DNA of 64,000 bases from Candidatus Eiseniibacteriota bacterium (GTDB lineage Bacteria > Eisenbacteria > RBG-16-71-46 > CAZEPH01): the NCBI GenBank assembly GCA_044229145.1, contig JBGATO010000006.1, positions 1-64,000 of the forward strand. The letters are read 5' to 3'. The notes beneath the pieces were generated by a model that worked only from the letters and a program-made list of their open reading frames with translations, had not been told where the DNA came from and ran no database searches. The position numbers were made by a program, and so were the translations under genes. Positions 17,325 through 27,249 of the stretch are shown piece by piece. How positions within the stretch are numbered: position 1 is the stretch's first letter; each line of letters opens with the position of its first letter.

Positions 17325-20300
17325 CTATTGGAACCGCTCGGCGCGCTTCACCCACTTGTCGAGATCCTTCTCCTTCGGATTCCGCGGCGTGCCGGGGTGG
17401 ATGATGCTCACCGGACACTTCTCCGCCGCGAGCACCAACTGCTGGAACGTCCCGGCACTCGCATCCTTCACGTAGGCCTGCTTCTTTGCGTTGTACGAGA
17501 ACAGCTTGCCATTGAGGTTCGTGCACTCGTTGCAGGTGGTGCAGCGCGCCGACTCGATGTACGCCTCGAGTCCGCCTTCGTCCTCGGCTTCCGCCACCGC
17601 GGTGGCAGCGGGCGCCGGTGCGGCGGCGGCCGGTGTGGCGGCGGCGGGCGCCGCGGCGGCCGTCGCGGCTGGTGCCGGCGCCGCCGCGGGCGCCACCGGC
17701 GGCAGCGCCGACGGAGCCGGCAACGACTTCAGCAGATCGGTCACCGTGCCGCCGTTACCCGCCATGCCCATGAGACCTTCGGCGAGACGGCGCGCGATCA
17801 CCTGCGGATAGCGCGTCTTGAGGTCGGTGAGCTTCGCCTCGTACTCATCGCGCAGCGCCTGCATCTTGAGTTCGAACTCGCTCTCCACCATGCCGGCGAC
17901 GGTGTCGCGCACCGCGTCGGGCACGTCGAGGCCGGCGATCTCGCGCAGCGTGTGCCAGTAGTCGAGGCGCTCTTCGGCCAGCATCACGATCTCCGGCGCC
18001 ACCGCCACACGGCCAAGCCGGCGCGTGTCGTCGAGGACGTAGATGAATGGCGTCTTCCCGTCGCGCTCGTCACGCGGCAGGGCGACGAACTCGCCGAACG
18101 GCACCATGTCGTCGTTCCAGTCGTCGCGCTTGACGCGGCGGAAGTGCTTGCTGAAACGCGTCTCGGTGGCGGCCCAGTCGGCGGTGGTGAGCGGCAGCGT
18201 CATCGTCTGCTCGGCACCCGCGTCGTCGACGTACGTGAGGTCGTACGTCGGCCACGTCTCGTCGAGCATCGGGTTGCCGTCCAAGTGCAGACGGTCGGCC
18301 ATCGTCGGGCCGCCGGACGGGTCGTAGACCAAGAACGGCACCGCGCGCGACTCGAGAGCCAGCTTCGCGGCGTGCGCCGAGGCGTCGTCGGCGAGTCCGT
18401 GCTCCGGCGGACACGGCGTGTGGATGATGAACACCGCCGGGTGGTGCGACTGCAGACCGCGCAGAACGCCATTGAGCAAGTGCGACGGCGATGCCTGCGA
18501 CGACTGCACCACGAACGCGGTGCGGTGCGCCATCGCCAGGAACCCGAGCTCCTTGCGCATCTCCTGCTTGCCGTGCTGGTCGCGGCCGTAGGTCGCCATG
18601 TCGGAGATTTCGCCGAGGAAGCCGGACGTGCATGCCTGACCGCCGGTGTTCGAGTACACCTGCGTGTCGAGCACGATCACGCGGATCGGCTTGTCCGAAG
18701 CCAGCAAACGCGACAGGTTCTGGAAGCCGATGTCGAACATTGCGCCGTCGCCGCCCACCGCGAAGATCGGCGGACAGAGCTGGAACTCGGCGTCGGAGAA
18801 CTCCTTCCAGTCGAAGTGCTGGAAGAAGCGGTCGTGCACCGACGGATCGTAGGCGTCTTCGAGTTCGAGCTCCGCGCGGCGGATGAGCGCGAAGCCGTCC
18901 GCCATCTTGCGCATGTGCCCTTCGAACAGACCGATCGCCACCGAGGGCGAATCCTGGAACAGGTGATTCACCCACGGGAACGGATACGGATTGAGCGGGA
19001 AGGTGCTCGCCCATACCGACGAACAGCCGGTGGAGTTCGCCATCGCCATCTGCGCGCGACCGTGACCGCCCGGGCCCTCGGTGTAGCGCCACAGCAAGTC
19101 CTTGAGGCCGTGCACGAGGTCGGTAAGGCGTTCGAGTTTCTGCTTCTTCTCGTCGCTGAGCGGCACCGCGACGCTGCCACCGCGCGCATGCGCCGCCGAG
19201 TCGAGGTCGGCGTCTGCCACCAGCAGCTCGCGCGCCTGGTGATCGAGCTTGCCGATCAACGCGTCGAGATTCTGCACGTGCCGGGCGACGCGCGGACCCA
19301 TCAGCGCGTTGACCGCACTCAGCACCAAGTGGATGCCCGTCTTCTCGCCACAGCCCATGCACGCGCCGTCGCCGCCGGCCATCGACATGTAGTTTTGCTT
19401 CTTGAGCAGGAGCGACGACAGCACGCCGATGCCTTCGTTGATGTCGAAGACGTTGATGTAGTCGTCCGGCGTCTCCGGCAGCTTCTGCCAGATCTGGAAG
19501 CCGCGGCGCAGCGACGCCACCTTCGCGTCGTCCTGCTTCACCGTCACCAGCGCCTTCTCCGGGCACACCTCGACACACAGGTTGCAGCCCTTGCAGGTGT
19601 ACGGGTTGATGAGGATGTTGAGCAGCGCGCCGTTGCCCTTCGTCTTGCCTTCGGGCACGTCGAAGAACGGCTGCGTCTTGGCCAGCGGCATGTCGCGCAG
19701 CACGGTGAGCACGCGCGCGAACTCGGCGTCGAGTTGCGCCTTGCGCTCGTTGTCCGCGTCGAGCTTGGCGACCACCGGCGCGTACGCCGCCGCCACCGTG
19801 TCGGCGAAGGTGACGAACGCGTCGCCGCCGAGCATCTGCTTGCGCACCTCGCGGCCAAGGTTCTTGGCGATCTGCCGCACCTTGTCCACCGCGCCGCCGT
19901 CCGCTTCCGCGATGTCGAATGCGGCGCGCAGCGCGTCATCGATCTGCGTCACGATCGCCGGGATCGCCGAGTCCGGACACTGCACCCAGCACTGCCCGCA
20001 GCCGGTGCACTTCGACGCCACGAAATCCGGCACCTCGAAGCGGATATCGGTCATGTCGCGGAACGAACTGGTCGACGCCGGAATCGTGCTGAGGGCGACG
20101 AACGGGTCGGCGAGCGGATCCTGTCCGACCTTCGACGGGAAGCACACGGTCTCCCAGAAGCGGCCTGGGTCCGCGAGGCCCGCCTCGACGTGCGACCCGG
20201 CGACCAGCGCCGGCACGCCCGCCGCGCCCTTGCGCTCGGCCGGCGCGTCGGTGAGCGTCGCGACGTCGAGTTCGCGCACCTCGTCGTAGCCGCGGCGGAT

Positions 20301-22364
20301 CACCCGCACGTTGTCCTCGACGATGCGGTCGCCGAGCTTGCCGAACTTCTTGACCTGCTGCGCGCGAATGCCCTCGAACAACTTCGCCTCGTCGAGCCCG
20401 GCATCCTTGGCGAGCGTGGTGGCGCGGAAGAAGGCGCCCATGAACGCCGCGCCCTGCATGCGGTAGCGCAGGTCTTGCGACGTCGCTTCCTCACCGGCGA
20501 TCTTGAACGCGTCGAGCGAGAACACGCGGATCTTGCGGTCGCGAATGACGCGGCGCGCGTCGGCCGGCAGCGTGTTCCACAGATCCTGCGGCGACAGTCC
20601 ACTCTGGATCACGAACGCCCCCCCGCTGGCCAAGCCGGCCAGCGGATCGCTGTGCCGGAACACGTTGGCGTCCGGCGACAGCACGACGTTCACGTGCTTG
20701 AGTTCGCAGTTCAGCCGAATCGGCTCCTTGGCGAACACCGCGTAGAACGTCGTCGGCTGGCCCTTCTTCTCCGAGCCGTACTTGGGATTGGCCTTCACGT
20801 GCAGACCGCACAACTCGAACACGGTCATCGTCACGTTCTTGCCCATGGTGATCGCGCCCCACCCGCCGACCGAGTGGATGCGCAGCGCCGTCGCGCTGTC
20901 CGGCAGCAAGTTGATGTCGCCCGCGGTCGCCAGCGACAGCTCCGGCAGGTGCGGGTACGACTCGAGCAACTGCTCCTGCCAGATCTGCATCTTGGGCAGC
21001 TTGGTGCCCTGACGCACGAAGTCGATGCCGAGGTAGAACTGCCGGCGCTGCGCGCCGCCGTCGAGGATGTTCTCGACCGCCGCGATGAGGTCGCCCGGCT
21101 GCAGGTCGCGCGAGCCGAGACCGAAGCAGCCGCTGAAGAAGTCCGGCACGTCCTGCGGCGCCAACGGCGTCACGCCGGCGTGCGGCACCGAGGCCTTGGC
21201 GCGGCCGTTCTCGACACCCTTGCCCATCGCCGCGCGAATCTCGCGCAAGAGCGGCGCGTCCACCGCGAGCGGCTGGTCGACGCGCTCGAGCACCACCACC
21301 GCCTTCTTGCCCTTGAGCAAAGCGGTGATGCAGTCGGCCGGGAACGGACGGAACATCGACACGTTCAACACGCCGACCTTGAGCTTGCGTTCCTTGCGCA
21401 GGTAATCGGCAACCGCCTCGGCGTTCGGGATCAACGATCCTTGGCCGGCGATCACGTAGTCGGCGTCATCCAGCTTGTAGCCGGAGGCGCGCGCGTAGCG
21501 GCGGCCGGTGAGCGCCGCGAACTCCTCGAACGCGCGGTCCGCGAGCGGCTGCACGTGGTCGAAGTAGAACGGCCGCTGCGCGGCGACGCCCTGCTGGTAG
21601 CTGTCCTGGTTCTGCACCACGCCAACCATCGCCGGGTAGTCGAGGTTCATCAGCTCGGGCACGCGGCGCCGCGTCTCGCCGAACACCATCCGCTGCGCCG
21701 GCGTCGGCGAGTCGATGATGTCACTCGGCTCGCCGAGGTACGCCTTCACCAACTCACGCTCCGGCACCACCGCCGACTCGATGACGTGCGACGTCAAGAA
21801 GCCGTCCTGCGCGCTGATGCCCGGATTCAGCGAGAGCTCCGCGATGCGGTGCGCGATCAGCGTAAAGTCGGCCGCTTCCTGCACGTTCTTGGCGAAGATC
21901 TGGAAGAAGCCGGTGTCGTCGACGGCGTGGTAGTCGTCGTGCCCGCAGTGCACGTTGAGACCTTGCTTGGTGATCGCGCGCGCCGCGACGTTGAGCACGT
22001 AGGTGAGCCGCTTGCCGACCGCCGGGTAGAGCGACTCGTGCATGTAGGCGATACCCTGGCCGCTCGAGAAGTTGGTCGCCCGCAATCCCATCATGCTGAG
22101 GCCCGCGGTCACCGCCGCCGCCGCGTGCTCGCCTTCCGGCTCGAAGAAGATCAGCCGGCGGTTGAACGCATTCGGCACACCGGCGCCGACCGCCGCCGCC
22201 CATCCCTCGCCCATCTGCGTCGATGGCGTGATCGGGTAGGCACCGGCGGCCTCGCTGGCCGCGGTTTCCGACAGAACGACCGCCGCGCTGCCGTCCAGTG
22301 CGTCCGGCATTCCGGGGAACTGCGGCGTCGTGGGGGTCGTGGGGGTTGCTGTCCCAAGCTTCAT
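17325..22364 (-). CDS. por: Large single-chain pyruvate:ferredoxin oxidoreductase (NifJ-type) with insertions and an extra C-terminal ferredoxin domain
   Basis: AYPITPST, ARA, gamma domain HSVGGWGA, CTGCGQCWVQCP/CKGCNLCVEVCP, GACMGCGE, TGCSSVW, GGDGAMFDIG..YSNTGGQ; Pro/Ala linker then CTTCNEC...KCP. GGAG RBS 7 nt before ATG 22364. Confidence 0.9.
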   Translation of the reverse strand: MKLGTATPTTPTTPQFPGMPDALDGSAAVVLSETAASEAAGAYPITPSTQMGEGWAAAVGAGVPNAFNRRLIFFEPEGEHAAAAVTAGLSMMGLRATNFSSGQGIAYMHESLYPAVGKRLTYVLNVAARAITKQGLNVHCGHDDYHAVDDTGFFQIFAKNVQEAADFTLIAHRIAELSLNPGISAQDGFLTSHVIESAVVPERELVKAYLGEPSDIIDSPTPAQRMVFGETRRRVPELMNLDYPAMVGVVQNQDSYQQGVAAQRPFYFDHVQPLADRAFEEFAALTGRRYARASGYKLDDADYVIAGQGSLIPNAEAVADYLRKERKLKVGVLNVSMFRPFPADCITALLKGKKAVVVLERVDQPLAVDAPLLREIRAAMGKGVENGRAKASVPHAGVTPLAPQDVPDFFSGCFGLGSRDLQPGDLIAAVENILDGGAQRRQFYLGIDFVRQGTKLPKMQIWQEQLLESYPHLPELSLATAGDINLLPDSATALRIHSVGGWGAITMGKNVTMTVFELCGLHVKANPKYGSEKKGQPTTFYAVFAKEPIRLNCELKHVNVVLSPDANVFRHSDPLAGLASGGAFVIQSGLSPQDLWNTLPADARRVIRDRKIRVFSLDAFKIAGEEATSQDLRYRMQGAAFMGAFFRATTLAKDAGLDEAKLFEGIRAQQVKKFGKLGDRIVEDNVRVIRRGYDEVRELDVATLTDAPAERKGAAGVPALVAGSHVEAGLADPGRFWETVCFPSKVGQDPLADPFVALSTIPASTSSFRDMTDIRFEVPDFVASKCTGCGQCWVQCPDSAIPAIVTQIDDALRAAFDIAEADGGAVDKVRQIAKNLGREVRKQMLGGDAFVTFADTVAAAYAPVVAKLDADNERKAQLDAEFARVLTVLRDMPLAKTQPFFDVPEGKTKGNGALLNILINPYTCKGCNLCVEVCPEKALVTVKQDDAKVASLRRGFQIWQKLPETPDDYINVFDINEGIGVLSSLLLKKQNYMSMAGGDGACMGCGEKTGIHLVLSAVNALMGPRVARHVQNLDALIGKLDHQARELLVADADLDSAAHARGGSVAVPLSDEKKQKLERLTDLVHGLKDLLWRYTEGPGGHGRAQMAMANSTGCSSVWASTFPLNPYPFPWVNHLFQDSPSVAIGLFEGHMRKMADGFALIRRAELELEDAYDPSVHDRFFQHFDWKEFSDAEFQLCPPIFAVGGDGAMFDIGFQNLSRLLASDKPIRVIVLDTQVYSNTGGQACTSGFLGEISDMATYGRDQHGKQEMRKELGFLAMAHRTAFVVQSSQASPSHLLNGVLRGLQSHHPAVFIIHTPCPPEHGLADDASAHAAKLALESRAVPFLVYDPSGGPTMADRLHLDGNPMLDETWPTYDLTYVDDAGAEQTMTLPLTTADWAATETRFSKHFRRVKRDDWNDDMVPFGEFVALPRDERDGKTPFIYVLDDTRRLGRVAVAPEIVMLAEERLDYWHTLREIAGLDVPDAVRDTVAGMVESEFELKMQALRDEYEAKLTDLKTRYPQVIARRLAEGLMGMAGNGGTVTDLLKSLPAPSALPPVAPAAAPAPAATAAAAPAAATPAAAAPAPAATAVAEAEDEGGLEAYIESARCTTCNECTNLNGKLFSYNAKKQAYVKDASAGTFQQLVLAAEKCPVSIIHPGTPRNPKEKDLDKWVKRAERFQ

Positions 22365-22401
22365 GACCACACTCCGTTTCTGGGCTTGCGGCGCTTCGGA
22401 A

Positions 22402-23268
22402 CTACACGGCCATCGCGGCGGGTCGCGGCGCCGCGGGCTGCGAGGTGGTGGGGGCGAACTGCGTGCCCTCCACCCAGACGATTGCGTTGGTCGGGCAGCG
22501 CTGCGTCGCCGCGGCGCTCGCCAACGCGGCGAGCTGGCCGTTGACGACCGGCAGGTTGCCCTTCATCGCCACCACGCCGGTTTCGGCGTCGAGCGCGCAG
22601 CGGCCGCACGCGTTGCAGGCGACGCGGCAGAGCGCGGTCGCCGCCTCGCCGGCGAGCAGGCTGCGGCACTGCACCAGGAGCTTCTCGCGCAGCGACTGGA
22701 GGACGAAGAGATCCTTCGGGCACGCCGTCACGCAGTCGCCGCACGACGTGCATTTCTCGATGTCGACCACCGGCAGTCCGGCCGCGTTCATGACGATCGC
22801 GTCGAACGTGCAGGCGCGGGCGCAATCGGCGAGGCCGATGCAGCCCCACGTGCAACCCTTGCCGCCCGACTGCACCGAGGCGGCGGCGGCACACGTCTCG
22901 ATGCCGTAGTAGTCGGCCTGCTGCACCGCGACATCGGTGCCGCCGGCGCACAGCAGACGCGCCACACGCTTGTCCGCGGTGCCGGCATCGACGCCGAGGA
23001 AGTCGGCGATCGCCGCGTGCGTGTCGCTATTCGACACCGTGCACCCGGAGGGCTTGATGCGTCCGGCGACGACGTTCTCGGCGAACTGACGGCAGCCGGC
23101 GAGACCGCAGGCACCGCAGTTCACGTTCGGCAACATCCCGGCCACGACGTCGAGCCGCGGGTCTTCCCACACGTACAGCTTGGTGTGCGCGAAGGCGAGC
23201 ACGCTGGCGAAGAACACACCGAGCCCGCCCAGGATCGCCACCGCCTGCAGGATCGTGCTGGTCTGCAT
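22402..23268 (-). CDS. rnfB: Rnf electron transport complex subunit B (long polyferredoxin form)
   Basis: N-terminal TM helix, EDPR, LPNVNCGACGLAGC, CIGLADCARAC, CTSCGDCVTACP, CNACGRC. Confidence 0.92.
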   Translation of the reverse strand: MQTSTILQAVAILGGLGVFFASVLAFAHTKLYVWEDPRLDVVAGMLPNVNCGACGLAGCRQFAENVVAGRIKPSGCTVSNSDTHAAIADFLGVDAGTADKRVARLLCAGGTDVAVQQADYYGIETCAAAASVQSGGKGCTWGCIGLADCARACTFDAIVMNAAGLPVVDIEKCTSCGDCVTACPKDLFVLQSLREKLLVQCRSLLAGEAATALCRVACNACGRCALDAETGVVAMKGNLPVVNGQLAALASAAATQRCPTNAIVWVEGTQFAPTTSQPAAPRPAAMAV

Positions 23269-23271
23269 GGC

Positions 23272-24339
23272 TTATTCGAGCTCCGACGCGTCGACGAGGC
23301 TGAGGATCCACGAGGCGAGGTGATCGACCTTGGGATCGCTGGCCGGCGCCGGCGTGCTGCCGTTGAGGGCGGACTTCGCGGCGGCTGGTGTCGCGGCCGG
23401 TGTCGCCGGCGCGGCCGGCGCGGGTGCCACCGCCGGCGCGGCCACATCGACCAGCGCGAGCGCTTGCAACTGCCGCAACTCGTCGAGCTGACGTTCGGGC
23501 GACAAGCCGCCCCGCGTCTGCGCGATGCGGCCCTGCGGCACGAACGCGATGTCGAGCCGCTTGGCCGGCGTCTCGCCCGCCGCCGGGTCATGCACGAAGT
23601 GCGCGGCGTTCTCCGACACCCACGCCACCACCGCCGGCCCGGCGAACGCGGCGAACCGCGCGAAGCAGGCGCCGTCCGGCGTCTGCGCCACGAACGTCCC
23701 CGGCGTGATCAGGCGCACCAGCGCAGCCGGCGCGCATTCGCCGCGCACCACCAGCACCAGCTTTTGCCGGCCGTCGAGGAACTCGGCGAGATCACCCGCG
23801 CGCACGTCGGCGCCCTCGACGTCGATGACCAACGGCGGCGCGACCTGACGCTCCGCCGTCGACCACGTCTCCGGCGGGCAGGCGCGCAACAGCGCCGCCT
23901 CGATCGCCTGATCGCCTTGGTGTTGGCGTTCGAGGCGCACCACGCGCGCCGCGCCGAACGCCCGCCCGAACTCGCCGAGCGCCGCGTTCACCGCGTCGCG
24001 CATCCGGCCGCCCGACGGCACGCGCACCACGAAGGCCTCGCGGGTGGATTCGGCCACCGTGCGCAGCACGCGCAGCGCGTCACCGATGCGCAGCTCCGCC
24101 GCCACATCGATGGTGTCCGTGTGCCCCGCGAGCTGGGCAAAGCGCTCGGCGTCGACGTGCGCGGTGGCGAACACGCCGAGCTCGAGCCGCGCACGTCCGC
24201 CGTCGTTCATCTGCGAGGAGGCGTGGCTGGCCAGATAGCCACGCACCGCCTCCGCGGTCTCCGCGACCGCGGAGTGATACGCGTTGAGGGCGCCCGACAC
24301 TGCGTCGAGCGCGGCGGCGATGCGGTCGTCAGACGGCAT
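23272..24339 (-). CDS. Hypothetical protein; apparent degenerate paralog of the PFOR C-terminal TPP-binding domain
   Basis: Start overlaps the korB 3' end and stop lies 3 nt before rnfB; colinear similarity by eye to the neighbouring PFOR beta domain, without the GDG motif or Fe-S cysteines. Confidence 0.7.
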   Translation of the reverse strand: MPSDDRIAAALDAVSGALNAYHSAVAETAEAVRGYLASHASSQMNDGGRARLELGVFATAHVDAERFAQLAGHTDTIDVAAELRIGDALRVLRTVAESTREAFVVRVPSGGRMRDAVNAALGEFGRAFGAARVVRLERQHQGDQAIEAALLRACPPETWSTAERQVAPPLVIDVEGADVRAGDLAEFLDGRQKLVLVVRGECAPAALVRLITPGTFVAQTPDGACFARFAAFAGPAVVAWVSENAAHFVHDPAAGETPAKRLDIAFVPQGRIAQTRGGLSPERQLDELRQLQALALVDVAAPAVAPAPAAPATPAATPAAAKSALNGSTPAPASDPKVDHLASWILSLVDASELE

Positions 24340-25285
24340 AGCGATCCAGCTCCCGTGCCAGCAAGGTGAGTTTCTCCTCCGCGGTATGCACCGGGAGATG
24401 ACGGATCTCGTCGTAGCGTGCCGCGGTGTCGCTGCGGTAGAACACGCCGACGCGGAACTTGTCGAAGTCCTCGGCCATCGCGCGTGCCGCGGCGAGGTCG
24501 GTAGGATCGTGTTCGACGCGGTTCTTGTAGACGGAGGCAAGCTCCTCCGCCATCACGCCGCGCGGGTGCACCAGCATCTCGATTTGCCGCACGTCCTTGA
24601 TCGCCCCGTCGAACATGCCGGGCAGATACGCCGGGCAGCGCTGCACGATGCGCACGAACGACAAGCCATCGTGGTGGTACGCCGCGCGCACCGTCTCGTA
24701 GAGGTGATCCGGAATCCACTCCACCGTCTGCGCGACATAGGACACGTTGGTGACGCCGAGCGCCACGCTGAGCGGATTGAGCGGCGGCAGGTACGGCCCG
24801 TGCAGCGCGGTGTTGCTCGCCACGCCCATCGGCGTGGTCGGCGACATCTGCTTCTTGGTCAGGCCGTAGATACCGTTGTCGAGCAGCAGCACCACCATCT
24901 TCAGGTTGTAGCGCAGCCCGTGCAGCCAGTGCCCGGCGCCGATCGAGGTGCAGTCACCGTCGCCCATCACCACGAACACGTTGAGGTCGGGGCGCTGCAA
25001 CTTGACGCCGGTGGCGATCGGCAGCGCGCGGCCATGCAGGCCATGGAAGCCGTAGGTGTTCATGTAGTGCGGGAAGCGGCTCGAGCAGCCGATGCCGGAA
25101 ACGAAGACCGTTTGCTCCGGCACGAGTTGCTCGTCGGCGAGCACGCGTTGGACGGCGGTAAGCACCGAGTGATCGCCACAACCGGGACACCAGCGCGCCA
25201 AAGCGCCGGCGTAGTCTTCCATCTCGAAGAAATCGTGATCGTCTTCGAGCGAGCAGTCGAGCAGGGTGCGCGGCGCGGAGGACAT
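24329..25285 (-). CDS. korB: 2-oxoacid:ferredoxin oxidoreductase beta subunit
   Basis: WCPGCGD, SGIGCSSR, HGRALP, GDGD..SIG, DNGIYGLTK.Q.SPT. Confidence 0.92.
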   Translation of the reverse strand: MSSAPRTLLDCSLEDDHDFFEMEDYAGALARWCPGCGDHSVLTAVQRVLADEQLVPEQTVFVSGIGCSSRFPHYMNTYGFHGLHGRALPIATGVKLQRPDLNVFVVMGDGDCTSIGAGHWLHGLRYNLKMVVLLLDNGIYGLTKKQMSPTTPMGVASNTALHGPYLPPLNPLSVALGVTNVSYVAQTVEWIPDHLYETVRAAYHHDGLSFVRIVQRCPAYLPGMFDGAIKDVRQIEMLVHPRGVMAEELASVYKNRVEHDPTDLAAARAMAEDFDKFRVGVFYRSDTAARYDEIRHLPVHTAEEKLTLLARELDRYAV

Positions 25286-25298
25286 GCGCGACTCCTTC

Positions 25299-27221
25299 CT
25301 AGCGGGTGGCGGCCGGCTGCGGATAACGCGCCCGCAGCGCCTGAGCGATGTGACCGGGACGCAGCGGCTCGCCGTAGACGCGCGTCCAGCAGTCGACGTC
25401 GACGAGCGTGTGCGCGCGCAGCAGCCACGCGAGTTGTCCGAGCCGGCGGTTCTCCGGCGTGATGTACGGCGCGTCCGGTTCGTCGCTGTAGTTGATCTCC
25501 ACCGTCATCACCTTGGTGAAGCGGGCGAAGATCTCCTTGAGGCCCGGCTCCATCGGCGACAGGAAGCGCAAGTGGAGCGACGACACGCGCAGACCGTCGG
25601 CGCGCAACCGCGCCACCGCCTCTTCGATCGCGCCCTTCGTGCTGCCCCAGCCGACGACGAGCAGATCGCCGCTCGGGTCGCCGTTGACCACCGGCGGCTT
25701 GAGCGTGTGCTGCAGCACCGCGAGCTTGCGGCTGCGCATGGTGCAGCCGAGTTGGTGCATGTCGGGGTCGTACGCAACCTTGCTGCGCTGGTCGTGCGAG
25801 AGGCCGGTGACCGTATGCATGCCACCCGGCTGTCCCGGCAGGATGCGGCGCGACAGGCCGGTCTTGTCGTCCCACTCGAAGGCGCGCTTGCCCTCGGCCG
25901 GCTCGCTGGTGTCGATCGGCGCCGCTTGCCAGTGCGCGTCGAGGTCGGGGCGCGGCCACGGCTGCACGCCGGTGGCGAGGTTGGCGTCCGACAACACGTG
26001 CACCACCATGCGGAAGGATTCCGCGATGTAGCGCGCCGTGGTCATGACGTGGAAGCACTCTTCGATGGTGGCCGGCGCGATGACCACGTGCGGTGCGTCG
26101 CCCGGCTGTCCATAGAGCACCGCGAGCAGGTCCGACTGCTCGACCTTGGTCGGCAATCCGGTGGACGGACCGCCGCGCTGCACGTCGACGATGACCAGCG
26201 GCACTTCGGTCATCACCGCGAGGCCGGTGGCTTCCGTCTTGAGCGCGAGGCCCGGGCCCGACGTCACCGTGAATGCCACCTTGCCGGCGTACGACGCGCC
26301 CACCGCGACGTTGATCGCGGCGATCTCGTCCTCGGCCTGGTGCAGCGTGCCGCCGAACTTCTCGAACACTTCGGCGAGGTAGTGCGACACCGAGGTGGCC
26401 GGAGTGATCGGATACATCGCGCACATGTCCAGGCCGGCCGCGATGGCACCCATGCCGATCGCTTCGTTGCCGTTCATCACCACCATCGGGCGCTGCGACG
26501 GCGTCGCGGTGACCTGGATGCGGAAGTCGAGGTTCTCCGACGCCCAGCGCGCGCCGAGCTCGAGCAGCGCGACGTTCTGCTCGTAGACCGCCGGCGCCTT
26601 CTTGCGGAACTCGTGGGCGATTTGATCGCGGGCGCGGTCGAGATCGCGGCCGAAGATCCAGCACAACATCCCGAGCGCGAACATGTTCTTCCCGCGCCGC
26701 GGATTTTCCATGAGCGTGAGGCACTGCTCCTGCATCGGCACGCGCACGATGCGGTACGGGTGTCCCGCCAATTCCTGCATGGCGGCGTCCCACTGCGCGC
26801 GGATCGCCTCGTTGGGGTCACTCGCCCACTGCTCTTCGAGGAGGATGATGGCGTCTTCGGCAAGTGTCTTGGTGCGCACGCGGCCGAGCAGCGCCTGCTC
26901 GTTGAACGCGACGATCAGGTTCGTCTCGTCGCCCCAGTTGGTGACCGCCTTCTCGCCGATGCGGATGCGGTTCCCCGAGGCGCCGGCCGGCGTACGCGGC
27001 GGCGGCTGCACCTCGGCGGGGATGATCTCCACCGTCCACACGCCGTTGCCCATCTTGGCGGAGACGGCGCCGAAGATCTGTCCGCACTTCTGCGCGCCTT
27101 CGCCGGAGTCGGACACGATTTCGATCACGTACTCGTGCCGGCGCAGGATTTCCGGGTCGCGGGATCCGGAAGCCACGCCCGCCGGTGCCGGAGCGCCGGA
27201 AGGCTGAGGGCTGGTCGTCAT
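25299..27221 (-). CDS. korA: 2-oxoacid:ferredoxin oxidoreductase fused gamma-alpha subunit
   Basis: DSGEG, GNEAIG, YPITPAT, QAEDEIAA, TSGPG, QRGGPSTGLPTK.EQSD. Confidence 0.92.
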   Translation of the reverse strand: MTTSPQPSGAPAPAGVASGSRDPEILRRHEYVIEIVSDSGEGAQKCGQIFGAVSAKMGNGVWTVEIIPAEVQPPPRTPAGASGNRIRIGEKAVTNWGDETNLIVAFNEQALLGRVRTKTLAEDAIILLEEQWASDPNEAIRAQWDAAMQELAGHPYRIVRVPMQEQCLTLMENPRRGKNMFALGMLCWIFGRDLDRARDQIAHEFRKKAPAVYEQNVALLELGARWASENLDFRIQVTATPSQRPMVVMNGNEAIGMGAIAAGLDMCAMYPITPATSVSHYLAEVFEKFGGTLHQAEDEIAAINVAVGASYAGKVAFTVTSGPGLALKTEATGLAVMTEVPLVIVDVQRGGPSTGLPTKVEQSDLLAVLYGQPGDAPHVVIAPATIEECFHVMTTARYIAESFRMVVHVLSDANLATGVQPWPRPDLDAHWQAAPIDTSEPAEGKRAFEWDDKTGLSRRILPGQPGGMHTVTGLSHDQRSKVAYDPDMHQLGCTMRSRKLAVLQHTLKPPVVNGDPSGDLLVVGWGSTKGAIEEAVARLRADGLRVSSLHLRFLSPMEPGLKEIFARFTKVMTVEINYSDEPDAPYITPENRRLGQLAWLLRAHTLVDVDCWTRVYGEPLRPGHIAQALRARYPQPAATR

Positions 27222-27249
27222 GCTGGATCGTCCTCTCGTCGAGATGCGA

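Noticed and set aside
17268..22544. Very long opposite-strand or alternate-frame ORFs (1758 aa here; also 42456-46001, 53378-56758 and many shorter ones)
   Set aside because: Shadows of real high-GC genes: Arg/His-rich, with no recognisable motifs.
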